From Somniosus microcephalus (Eukaryota): a DNA stretch of 64,000 nucleotides. The stretch covers positions 102,238,001 through 102,302,000 of the forward strand of contig CM126207.1 in NCBI GenBank assembly GCA_052327205.1. Direction: 5' to 3'. A program made the translations under genes and the position numbers. The notes beneath the pieces were generated by a model, which was not told the origin of the DNA, searched no databases, and worked only from the letters and a program-made list of their open reading frames with translations. Shown here one piece after another: positions 1-11,385 of the stretch. Within the stretch, counting starts at the first letter, position 1. Each line of letters starts with the position of its first letter.

Positions 1-1888
1 TTGGGGCGATTTGCTCGTAGGCCCCGTTGTCTCAGCCTCGTGAGCACCTGCTCCAAGTTAGCAAGGTGCTCATTGTCGTTTTCTCCTGTTACAAGGATGC
101 CGTCTAGGTAGCATTGAGTCCTCGGAATCCCTTGCAGGACTTGCTCCATAGCTTTTTGCCAGATGCCACTCCGAAAACCAGTCGATTGTACTGGTACAGG
201 CCTTTGTGTCTGTTTATCGTGAGATACTTTTTAGAGGCCTCCTCAACCTCCATCTGTAGATATGCCTGTGCTAAGTCAATTTTGGTGAAACGTTTCCCTC
301 CGGATAGTGAGGCGAAAATATCTTCTATCCTCGGAAGAGGATACTGTACCATGTGAAGAACCGGGTTTACAGTCACCTTGAAGTCCCCACAGATGCGAAC
401 TTTTCTCTGTTCTTCAGATTTATCATTATTCAACGTTTTCTTCATGACTGGGACGATGGGTGTTGCCCACTCAGTCCAATCTACCTTGGATAACACGCCT
501 GCTTTTTCCAAATTCTCCAGCTCTGCCTTGACGGCTGGACGAATTGCGTATGGCACCGGCCTTGCCTTAAAAAACTTGGGAATTGCCGCATCTTCCACTT
601 TTATTGAGGCGGTGGCGCCTTTCAGGGTTCCTAGTTCCTGTTGAAACACTTCTTTGGCGTTAGCCAAGATTTCTTTTAACCGTCCAGGTATGACGTCATC
701 ATCATTTTTTTTCTTACTGGTCACCGTCAGTGCCTGAATGGAGTGCCAGTCTAAACGTATCTTTCTGATCCATTCACGTCCCAACAACGGTGGAGCACCA
801 TCTTGCAGAACGTATAAATACAACTTCTGTGTTTCCTTGCCGTTGTATACAACAGGCACCCTTATTTTCCCTCTGGGGTATACTTTCTGCCCCGTATATG
901 TCTTCAAGACAATGGATGTGTCTTTCAAAGGTATATGCGGAAATAGCCGCTCGTAATCCCGTCGACTCATGACGGTCAGAGCTGATCCTGTATCTAGCTC
1001 CATTTTGACTGGGGACCCCGCTATCATGAGGGTAACCCAAATGGTCTGGTAATCTTCTTTGGCAATTACATTATGTAATTTGAGACAGCTTACTCTCTTG
1101 TTTCCGGAGTCGCTATCGCTCTTCTGGTCTTTGGAGCTACTGTCCGTCATCATTTGTGCCTTTCTGTACTTTTCCTTATTGACCTTTTTACTGTCAGCGG
1201 ATTTCTTTCCAGACCTGCATACACGTGCAATGTGTCCCATCTTTCTGCATTGCCTGCATGCTTTGTCCTTGAACCAGCAGTCCTTCTGGTCATGGGTGGA
1301 TCTGCCGCAGCGATAACATCTCTCGAAACCCCGTGTCATTTCATGGGTGCCAAAGTCCTGTGGCTTTTGCTGTATCTCTGCAGCTCCTCTTGCTGCTGCT
1401 TCGTATGATACAGCCACACTGAAAGCCTTGTCCAGTGTCAAATCTTTCTCAGAAAGTAGTCTTTTCTGTGTTTCTTCGCTTAGGAGACCGCAGACGAATT
1501 TGTCTCGCACAGAATCTGCCAGTCCTGCCCCGAATTGGCAGTGCTTTGACAGCTTTCATAATTCGGTGAGGTAATCAGCGTTACTTTCATTCTTGTGCTG
1601 ATTCCTCCTGAAGAATTTGAATCGTTCCGCTATCAGCAGCGGTGTTGGGTTTAAGTGCTCCTGTAAGGTATCAACAATCTCCTTAAAATTCTGGTCCATC
1701 AGTTTGGCTGGAGTGATCAAGTTTCGTAACAGCCCGTATGTCCTTGCGCCCATCAGATTTAGAATTACCGATGCCTTTTTATCATCCGCTACTTCATTCG
1801 CCTTGCAATATACCTCCACTCTTTCCACATATGTGGTCCAATCTTCTATATCACTATCGAAAGCAGTAATATTGCCAGTCTTCGGCGT
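1..1888 (-). pseudogene. gag-pol: Disrupted gag-pol of Gypsy A1
   Basis: Start codon ATG has become ACG (1888-1886); in-frame TGA at 1556-1558; frameshifting deletion after FGVAS; catalytic YLDD reads YLDG. Confidence 0.9.
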
Positions 1889-2450
1889 CTTGAAAATCTA
1901 AAATGGCGCTTCCCGCGCTTTTCTTTCTTCCCCGCCGAGTTAAGATGGCGCCTCCCGTGCTTTCCCGCCGCTGCTGCCAATGCTGTTCTCCGCGGTTCCC
2001 GTTGCGACCTGCAGCTTTTCGCGGTATTTCTATTTATCGCTTCAATAGTTTCTCCGTTACTTGGAGAACCGTTCCCGTCGTGGAGCGGACCCTCTGGGAC
2101 TTTCCCCTCCCTCTGCTCGGTCTGAACGCCGACCTGCTTTGCAGCACCGGCCGCGCCCCGAGTGCTCCACTCTCTCTCTCTCTCTGCCTCTGCCTCCCGA
2201 CTCGCCGCCCGGCCCCGTTGCAGAGCCACCCGATCGAGCTCTAGCCCGCCACAGCCCAGGAAGGATCAGTGCACTACCTGCCACCAGCCCGTTTAGCTGG
2301 GGAAACCACAGACTGGAGACCAAGCCTGGCCCTCGTTTTTCGAGTTTCTTCGAGTTATTTAGTTATTTATTTCTTGCTTCTGGCTTCGACCTTCGTCTGA
2401 GGAATCGATCCCCTTGAGGTGCTGCCGAATTGCAGGTAAGTTGGTTTCTA

Positions 2451-2461
2451 ACTCGTCGCCA
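2451..2461 (-). promoter_or_regulatory. Primer-binding site (tRNA-Ser GCU type) of Gypsy A1
   Basis: TGGCGACGAG follows the LTR end ...TAACA-G and is complementary to the vertebrate tRNA-Ser(GCU) 3' end CTCGTCGCCA. Confidence 0.85.
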
Positions 2462-2462
2462 C

Positions 2463-2552
2463 TGTTAGATCCGTGTGTTAATGGAGACACAGAATGCAGG
2501 AGTTGATTTAACAAGTGTTTACTGAACAAAGTCTGGAGGTGAACTAACAACA
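2463..2552 (-). repeat. Gypsy A1 5' LTR, 3' (R/U5) part
   Basis: Ends ...CACGGATCTAACA like the A3 LTR and contains AGTAAA. Confidence 0.85.
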
Positions 2553-4326
2553 CATAGATACATAGAAGATAGGAGCAGGAGTAGGCCATTCGGCCCTTCG
2601 AGCCTGCTCCGCCATTCAATGAGATCATGGCTGATCATCCAAATTCAGTACCCAGTCCCTGCCTTCTCCCCATATCCCTTGATCTCTTTAGCCTCAAGAA
2701 ATATATCCAACTCTTTCTTGAATATACTTAATGAACTGGCCTCCACTGCCCTCTGTGGCAGAGAATTCCACAGGTTCACCACTCTCTGGGTGAAGAAATT
2801 CCTCCTCATTTCAGTCCTAAATGGCTTACCCCTTATCCTTAGACTATGACCCCTGGTTCTGGACTCCCCGGCCATCAGAAACATCCTTCCTGCATCTAGT
2901 CTGTCCAGGCCTGACAGAATTTTATAGGTTTCGATGAGATCCCCTCTCAATCTTCTAAACTCCAGTGAGTATAAGCCCAATCAACACAATCTCTCCTCAT
3001 ACGTCATTCCTGCCATCCCAGGTATCAGCCTGGTGAATCTTCGCAGCACTCCTTCCATGGCAAGAACGTCCTTCCTCAGGTAAGGTGACCAAAACTGCGC
3101 ACAATACTCAAGGTGTGGTCTCACCAAGGCCCTGTGCAACTGCAGCAAGACATCCTTGTTCTTGTACTCGAACCCTCTTGCTACGAAGGCCAACATACCA
3201 TTTGCCTTCTTAACCGCCTGCTGCACCTGCATGCTTACCTTCAGCGACTGGTGTACAAGAACACCCAGGTCTCTTTGCACTTCCCCTTCTCCCAATCTAT
3301 TGCCATTCAAATAATAATCTGCCTTCCTATTTTTGCCACCAAAGTGGATAACCTCACATTTATCCACATTATAGTGCATTCGCCATGTTTCTGCCCAATC
3401 ACCCAACCTGTCCAAATCGTGCTGGAGTTTCACGACATCGTCCTCACAGCATACCCTCCCCCCCAGCTTTGTGTCATCTGCAAATTTGGAGATATTACAT
3501 CCAATTCCCTTGTCCAGATCATTAATATATATTGTGAACAGCTGGGGACCTAGGACCGATCCTTGCGGTACCCCACTAGTCACTGCCTGCCACTCGGAAA
3601 ATGACCCGTTTATTCCAACTCTTTGCTTTCTGTCCGCCAACCAGTTCTCTATCCAAGTCAATACCTTGCCCCAATCCCATGTGCCTTAATTTTGCACGCT
3701 AATCTCTTATGCGGGACCTTATCGAAAGCCTTCTGAAAGTCCAAATACACCACATCCACTGGTTCTCCCTTATCTATTTTACCAGTTACATCTTCAAAAA
3801 ATTCCAGTAGATTAGTCAAGCATGATTTACCTTTTGTAAATCCATGTTGACTTTGTCCGATCCAGTCACTGCTTTCCAAGTGCTCTGCTATTACATCTTT
3901 TATAATGGACTCTAGCATTTTCCCCACTACCAATGTCAAGCTTACCGGTCTATAATTCCCCGCCTTTTCTCTACCACCTTTTTTGAATAGTGGGGTAACA
4001 TTAGCTACCCGCCAATCCATGGGTACCATTCCAGAGTCTATCGAGTTCTGGAAGATGACCAGCAATGCATCTACTATTTCTAGGGCCACTTCCTTAAGTA
4101 CCCTGGGATGTAGATTATCAGGCCCTGGGGATTTATCGGCCTTCAGTCCCATCAATTTTCCTAACACCATTTCCCTACAAATACTGATTTCTTTCAGTTC
4201 CACCCTTTCATCAGACCCTATGTTCCCCGGCATCTCTGGGAGGTTATTTGTGTCCTCCTTTGTGAAGACAGAACCAAAATATGTATTTAGTTGGTATGCC
4301 ATTTCTTTGTTCCCCATTATAAATTC
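2553..4326 (-). mobile_element. 5'-truncated CR1 LINE (RT part of ORF2 plus 3' UTR) inserted in the Gypsy A1 LTR
   Basis: ORFs 3658-4317, 2981-3661 and 2645-2980 carry CR1 RT motifs (DFQKAFDKVPH, GVPQGSVLGP, FADD); CTATGT-type tail near 2553-2565. Confidence 0.95.
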
Positions 4327-4421
4327 GCTACACAGACTTATATACCCGAGTGGTCACTACTGGTACTACAGTATACAGGGGCTTCAAAAACATAGTTCCT
4401 CTTAAAGGTACATACACTACA
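4327..4421 (-). repeat. Gypsy A1 5' LTR, 5' (U3) part
   Basis: Reverse complement starts TGTAGTGTATGTACCTTTAAGAG and contains the TATATAA box, matching the A2/A3 LTRs. Confidence 0.9.
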
Positions 4422-4885
4422 AGACTGATACCTGGGATGGCAGGAATGACGTATGCAGAGAGTTTGAGTCGATTGTGCTTGTATTCGCTAGAGTTTAGAA
4501 GAATGAGAGGGGATCTCATTGAAACTTATAAAATTCTAACAGGACTAGACAGACTAGACGCAGGAAGGATGTTCCCGATGGCGGGGGAGTCCCGAACAAT
4601 GGGCCACAGTCTAAGGATAAGGGGTAAGCCATTTAGGACAGAGATGAGGAGGAATTTCTTCACCCAGAGAGTGGTGAACCTGTGGTATTCTCAACCACAG
4701 AAGGCATGTGAGGTCAACTTATTAAATATATTCAAGAAGGAGTTTGATATACTTCTTAAGGCTAAAGGGATCAAGGGATATGGGGAGAAAACAGGGGCAG
4801 GGTACTGAATTTGGATGATCAGCCAGGATCTCATTAAATGGTGGAACAGACTCGAGGGGCTGAATGGCCCACTCCTGCTCCTATA
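4422..4885 (+). mobile_element. CR1 LINE 3' portion; host of Gypsy A1 and B; tail resumes at 9289-9310
   Basis: ORF2 C-terminus (RGDLIETYKIL...RRNFFTQRVVNLW); 3' UTR ...ACTCCTGCTCCTA continues after 9288 as CTTCTATGTCTATG. Confidence 0.9.
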
Positions 4886-5091
4886 TGTTGCATTTGCAAA
4901 GATAATCCAGAAGCCGTAAGCAGAGCTCAGTTCATGTTGCTGTTAATGGCTGATCCAAACACACTCTACAGGCAAAAGCAATTGAATACCTATATCCAAT
5001 GTCAGACACAATACAACGATAATAGCACTATCAAACTTCATGTGCTCAGGCCAAGGCAATCGAGTACCTATCACCAATGTCAGACATAACA
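4886..5091 (-). repeat. 3' LTR of Gypsy B
   Basis: Direct repeat of 9083-9288. Confidence 0.95.
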
Positions 5092-5103
5092 TTTCCTCCA
5101 CCC

Positions 5104-8100
5104 TCACAGAATTTCAAACATGAAATGTAGTGACAAAGTCCTGTAGGTGGCCAGGGCGAGAACGTGTACGAACAGGCCGAGGTGCGGACTGGTGAAGAGC
5201 AGACCAAAGTGGGGACTGGTGAGGAGCAGGCTGAGGCACAATATCTGCTTGAGGGTTGGCTGGCTGAGCCACATGTGCATCCCGCCACTCTGGGGGTAAG
5301 GCTTGGGGATTAGGTCCGTATAATCCCGCATCAGGGGGTGCTGGCACCTTCCGAAGGCGGCTGGCATGCCACCGAGAGCCGTCAGTGAGGCAGAAAGTGG
5401 CTGGTCCAAGTAGGCGGCTGATTGGGAGAGGGGAGGACCAGAATGAGGCCATCTAATTGTTGCGGTGAGGCCTGCGGACTCTGACCCAATCGGAGACTGA
5501 GATGTTGGGCGCCTTGGCCCTCTTCGACTGGCCGAAGCGGAGTTTCATCTTCTCCTGTTGTCTAGCGACTGTGGCTTGAGCCGGTGGAGCAGGGCTCTGA
5601 GCTAGCGAGGGGCGGAGCCTGCCAAGGGGCAGCATGAGCTCACGGCCTAGCATGATGGATGCGGGTGAGACCCCTGTAGTGGAATGCTGGGAGGCTCTGT
5701 AGTGCAGCAGTGTCTGGAGGAGGGCCTTGTCAAACACATACCCCTGGGATAGGTGTGCTCTGAGGCCATTTTTCAGTGTCTGGTTAAAACGCTCCATCCC
5801 CCCCATTTGACTCGGGGTATGTGACAGATGCCCTTGCTCTCAAGGTCAGAGGAGAGTTCCGAAGAGACCATTTGGGGGCCATTGTCTGTGGTGATGGCCT
5901 TTGGATGCCCCCAGCGGGAGAAGAGGGACTCAAGGATATCGATGATGACCCGAGAGGTGACGGAGCCCACGGCAGTGACCTCTGGCCATTTTGAGTGCAG
6001 GTCATAGGTCACCACTAGGAACCGTTGATGGCGGGGGACACCATGGATCTCCCCGCAGACGTCCAGCTGCAGGTGCTCCCAGGGCTGAGAGGGCCAGGCA
6101 AGGGGTTGCAGGGGTGGAGGAGCTTGGTGGCCAGTCTTGCCACTTACAAGGCAGGCTGCACAGTCCTTGACCAGGGCCTCGATTTCCCTGTCGATACCCG
6201 GCCACCACACTAGGTCTCGGCATCGTTGTTTGAGCTTCACTATGCCCAAGTGGCCCTCATGCGCCATGGATAAAACACGCGCATGAAGGGCACTTGGGAC
6301 CACAGTGCAGAGCCCACGTGCAACACAGGAGTCATTCCAGCAAGAGAGCTCCTCTTTAACTCTGGAGTAGGCAGACAGTTCCTCAGGCACCTTGCGAGGC
6401 CAGCCATCTCTGATGAAGGTGCACAGCTGGGAGAGGGCCGGATCCTGTTCAGAGGCCTCTTTGAGCTCCTGGAGAGAGACTGTGGTTTGGAGAGGCGTGT
6501 GCAGCATCTGGACGATATCCTGTTCCACATGTTCAGACCCGACGAGTGGGGCTGGGGCAGAGACAGTGCGGGAGAGCAGATCTGCGACAACATTGTCATG
6601 TCCTGGTGTGAACTGGAGACTGAAATTGTATTGGCGGAGGCGGTCAGACCAGCGGTGCAGACGCAGTGGTCTGTGGCCCGTGCCGGATGTCGACAGCAGG
6701 GCAGTGAGAGCCTGGTGATCGGTTCGCAGGGTGAAGGCACGGCCATACGTGTACAGGTGCCACCGCTCACATGCCCAGATGCACGCCAGCGCCTCACGCT
6801 CGCCTACTGAGTACTTCTGTTCAGTGGGGCTAAGGGCTCAGGAGGCAAAGGCGATTGGTTTCTCCACTCCATTCTGTATCTGCGACAACACCGCCCCCAC
6901 AGCTGCAGCGGATGCGTCGCAGGTGATGAGGGTGGGGCCGGCGGCGTCAAAGTGAGCCAACACTGGAGGTGACGTGAGCTGTGGTTTGAGGAGGCGAACA
7001 GCTTCCGTACAGGCTGGTGACCACACCCAGGGCTCATCCTTTCGCAGGAGCTGGCGCAGTGGGGCTGTGGTGGCTGAGTACTGGGGCAAAAACTTCAGGT
7101 AGTACCCAGTCATGCCAAGGAAGGAGGCAACCTGTGCTGCAGAACTGGGTTCTGGGATGCTGTGAATGGCATCCACGTTTGACTGGAGTGGGGATATACC
7201 GTCAGCCGACAACCGAAACCCCACAAATTCGATCTCTGAAACAGCAAAGACACACTTTTCGCCATTCAGTGTGAGCTTGTGTTTTGCTAGAGCCGTGAAA
7301 ACTCTGTGAAGGCGTTCATCATGAGTGGAGGTCGAGGGCCCATACACGACGATGTCATCCAGGTAGATGGCCACCCCAGGAATGCCCGCGAGCACAGATG
7401 ACATCACCTTTTGGAAGCAGCTGGGTGCAGAGCTAAATCCAAATGGCATCCTGGTGTACCGAAAGACGCCAGCACGTGTCACAAAAGCAGTGAGGTCCCT
7501 GCTACTGGGGTGGAGGGGAACTTGTAGATAGCCCTGTCGAAGGTCCAGTTTCGGGAACAGGATGGAACCATAGAACTGCGCTGTGAGTTCCTCTGATGTG
7601 GGCAGTGGATATTTGTCAGGGACTACGGCTTTATTCACTGCTAGAAGATTGACACAGATGCGTAGACCACCTGACTTTTTCATTGCGACCACCAGGTTGG
7701 AGACCCATGGGGAGGCATCAACTGGTTCGATGATGCCAGCTTCCAGTAGCTGCTTTAGTTCAGCTGTGACCCCGTCACGGAGAGCAAGCGGGATGCGGCG
7801 CAGTGGCTGAATGACAGGGGTAACGGTGGAGTCAACCATGGGCTGGTGGGTGAAGGCAGTCAGGCAGCCCAGACACTCGAAGAGTGCTGGCCATGTTTGG
7901 CGCCACGGTGAGGCGACGTGCAGAATCGCAGACCCGCCGGTGTCCAAGAGAGAAAAACCCAGGTCAGTGAAAAGATCCAGTCCCATCAGGTTAGCTCCTT
8001 GGCGTGCCACATGAAAACAAAAATCTGGCAAAACTTTTGTTCCATAGCGTACAGTGAGGTTGACTGAGCCCACTAGTCCAATTTTCAAATTACCATACCC

Positions 8101-8268
8101 GCAAAGGGCAGTGGAGGGCGTAGAGAGTGGCAGGGAGCTGAAAAAGCATTTGAATGTGTCCACGTTCAGCAGTGAGACGCTGGCGCCGGTATCCAACAAC
8201 AGCGGCATGCACACATCATTCAGGTTAATTGTGCATGACTTGAAAGCCACTACTGGCCCAGAGCTCAT
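5104..8268 (-). pseudogene. pol: pol (PR-RT-RNase H-integrase) of Gypsy B, frameshifted
   Basis: LLDTGAS, YLDD, TCDAS, HEGHLG...C-x2-C and TDNGPQ spread over ORFs 6838-8268, 6240-6797, 5773-6528 and 5453-5806. Confidence 0.92.
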
Positions 8269-8289
8269 GTTGTGAATTATAGTGCTTGA

Positions 8290-9069
8290 GGACTGAGAGT
8301 GTTCATTTGTAGCAACCGGGGCAGAGCGGCAGACATTGGCAAAGTGATTTTGTTTTCCACAATTGCGACAGGCTTGGCGGCGCGCGGGGCAATTCTGCGC
8401 TCTGGTAGCATGTGAACGAGATCCACAGTTTCCACACTGTTGCCGCGGTAGCGCGCGTTGCTGCCGTCACGCGAGCATTACCGTGTCAGAGCTGTCGGGG
8501 CCGAGGGCGCTGTCACTGGGTGTGTGTGCTAGTTTTGCTGCACATTCGGCTGCAGACTCCACTTGAAAGGCAATGTTGACTGCCCGTGACAACGACAGAT
8601 CGTCGGACTCGAGTAACAGTCTATCACGCACTCTCACGTTGTTGGTGTGCTCTATTAGTTGATCACGCACCATCTCATCTTGTAGTGCACTGAACTTGCA
8701 CGAGCTAGCTAACCCCCTCAAATTAGCCACGTATTGATGCACCGACTCGCCGGGGAGTTGGTGACGATGTCTAAAAATGAATCGCCGCAGAAGGGCACTT
8801 TGTGGGGCAGAGAAGTGTGTGCTTAACAGAGCCACAGCCTCATCATATGTTTGGATTGAGTCTGCTGTGTATAATGTCCCAAGAACACGCTGGCCCTCCG
8901 CTCCCAAGCAATGGGATAACAGTGCCTTTTTCCGTGATGTACTCACATTTTCTAGTCCAAGAGCAATGAGGTAGGTTTCAAAGGACTGTAACCAGTGAAC
9001 CCATGGGATCGGTGGCTCACCGGGTAGTGCAAGGAAGGGAGGAGGTGGTGGAAGAGTGATTTCAGCCAT
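8290..9069 (-). pseudogene. gag: gag of Gypsy B
   Basis: MAEITLPPPPPFL... capsid-like ORF; premature TGA at 8467; CCHC knuckles (CGNCGSRSH, CRNCGKQNHFANVC) downstream. Confidence 0.88.
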
Positions 9070-9080
9070 CCTCGTCGCCA
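9066..9080 (-). promoter_or_regulatory. PBS (tRNA-Ser GCU) overlapping the gag ATG
   Basis: TGGCGACGAGGATGG is a 15-nt match to the tRNA-Ser(GCU) 3' end, and its ATG opens gag. Confidence 0.88.
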
Positions 9081-9082
9081 AA

Positions 9083-9288
9083 TGTTGCGTTTGCAAAGAT
9101 AATACAGAGGCCGTAAGCAGAGCTCAGTTCATGTTGCTTTTAATGGCTGATCCAAACACACTCTACAGGCAAAAGCAATCGAATACCTATATCCAATGTC
9201 AGACACAATACAATGATAATAGCACTATCAAACTCCATGTGCTCAGGCCAAGGCAATCGAGTACCTATCACCAATGTCAGACATAACA
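9083..9288 (-). repeat. 5' LTR of Gypsy B
   Basis: Direct repeat of 4886-5091, adjacent to the PBS. Confidence 0.95.
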
Positions 9289-9310
9289 CTACCTTCTATG
9301 TCTATGTTTC

Positions 9311-9385
9311 TCTGGAGTGGGAAATGAACACACAACCTTCCAACTCTAAGGTGGGAATGCTACCCCTGAGCCACAGCTGACACCT
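9311..9385 (-). mobile_element. tRNA-derived SINE head fragment
   Basis: CTCTGGAGTGGG...GAAC...GAGCCACAGCTGACACC resembles 44980-45055. Confidence 0.6.
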
Positions 9386-10379
9386 GAATAATAAAATGTG
9401 TGTTACATGGTGTAATACTTCCATCATTATAAAACAAAAACAAACATAGTATCATTCTTACCATGAACAGTGTTTCAGAAACTCGTTAATATATGTATAA
9501 AGACATCAAATTGGTGGCAGCTGGAAGTGGCCTTGGATGGAAATTCCACCCAGCAGTCCATCCCCGCCCTAGTCCAACCCAATTTGCTTTGTCAGAGTCA
9601 ACTATGTATGCAGGATGGGCTTGGAGTTGTATTTCAACCACAGCCGAAGAGGATAAAGCCATAGTGCTGCAGCCGAGCCTTGCTGAAATGGGCGGGGTGA
9701 AATTTAAAGGAGACATGCCCCCAAAACCTTCATTTCTAGATTTTAAAATAGGCTCAGAATGTGCCCAGTGGCATATATAAAAAAACACAGCTGCTGGAGG
9801 GGATAGGAAAGGGGGGTGTGACCAGGAATTTTCCTGCATCCCACTGCCACAATCCCACCACCGCCTCCTTCTGCCCTGTCTTCCCCTCCATCGGTGGTGC
9901 AGAGGTGGCAAGTCAGGGAAATCAGCCGGAGGCCCAAGCTCCGCTCGCTCACCATCATTTACAGGTAGTGGGGGTGAGGCGGCTGACACTGAGAGCGAGT
10001 GAGGCGCAGAGGGAATGTTGGTGGCTGGTTTTAGGGTGGGAGATGTGGCAATAGGCCTGCCTTCTCCATCTACCTCTGAAAACCCCACTGGACCACCTGA
10101 AACTGGGCAGATTCTCAGGAGAAAATTAAGCCAAGTAACCTGGTCCCTGTAAAGATGCATTGTCATGATATGGATTTGGTGTCTGCAAGGCACTAGGAAA
10201 CAAAATCAGCAAAGCTTCTGGGGCTACATTCTGAAACACAGCTGTGACCCTCGTTTTGTTAATTTTGGTCCAGGACAGTTAATGTCTTTAAAAAGTGACC
10301 TATAAATTATTCTCAACCCTTCTGGTCCTAATGTGACAATTCTTTCAAGTGTTTAGGTTATGTGATCATACATAATGAA

Positions 10380-11385
10380 CAGCAGGATGTGACAAGTGGT
10401 GTTCCCCAGGGATCTGTAATCGGGCCTCAGCTTTTCAACATATTACATATCAATGACTTGGATGAAGGTATATACAAGTTTGCAGATGACATCGAGTTAG
10501 GAGGCACAGTAAATTGTGTAGATGGGAGTGGGAAGTTGCTAAGGGACATAGATTAAGTGAGTGGGCAAAACTGCAGCAGATGGAGTTCATCGTGGAGGAG
10601 TGTGAGGTAATCCACTCTTGGTCCAAGTGTATGTCAGAGAAATTGGAATATTTTCTAAATGGCAGAGATTAGAAACTGTGGAGGAGCAAAGGGATTTGGA
10701 TGTTCATGTACACAAATCACTAAAAGTGAGCGCACAGATACAAAAAGTCATCAAAAAGGCTAATTGAACAATTGCCTTAATCTCAAGAGGATTGATGTTC
10801 AAAACTGAGGAAGTGATGGTTCAGTTATACAAAGTCTTGGTCAGTCTGCATCTGGAGCACTGCATGGTTTGGGCACCGCACCTTAGGAAGGATATATTGG
10901 CCTTGGAAGGGGTACAGCGCAGATTCACCAAAATGATACTGGGGCTTAAAGGGTTAAATGATCAGGACAGGTTGTATAAACTTGGTTTGCTTTCCTTGAG
11001 TTTAGAAGGTTGAGGGGTGATCTAAACGAGGTGTTTAAAATGATAAAGGGATTCAATAGGGTGGATGCAGGGAAACTATTTCCTCTGGTGGGGGAATCCA
11101 GAACAAGGGGGCACAATCTTAAAATTAGAGCCAGGCCATTTAGGAGTGAAATCAGGAAGCTCTTTTTCACATAATGGTTAATGGAAATCTGGAACTTTCT
11201 CCCCAAAAGGCTGTGGATGATGGGTAACTTCAAATTTTCAAGACTGAGATTGATAGATTTTTGTTAGATAAGGGATATGGAGCAAAAGCTGGTGAATGAA
11301 GTTGAGGTACAGTTCAGCCATGATCTGATTGAATGGTGGAACAGGCGCGACCGGCTCAATGGCTTAATCCTGTTCCTATGTTCAT
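10380..11385 (+). mobile_element. Old CR1 LINE 3' fragment
   Basis: SGVPQGSVIGP, FADD, LEGVQRRFTK and a CR1 3' UTR. Confidence 0.88.

Larger units (their letters stand above)
1..4421 (-). mobile_element. Gypsy (Ty3/Gypsy) LTR retrotransposon A1; runs off the window start; 5' LTR split by a CR1 insertion
   Basis: Gag CCHC knuckles (CYRCGRSTHDQKDC), protease LDTGS and RT motifs in ORF 104-1510. PBS at 2451-2461. LTR halves 2463-2552 and 4327-4421 are homologous to the LTR at 21177. Confidence 0.95.
4886..9288 (-). mobile_element. Full-length decayed Gypsy LTR retrotransposon B (leaderless, different family)
   Basis: 206-bp LTRs (TG...CA) at 4886-5091 and 9083-9288 with 7 differences by eye; PPT just inside 5092; 15-nt PBS; gag, PR, RT, RNase H, IN order; imperfect 5-bp TSD CTATA/CTACC. 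Confidence 0.95.
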
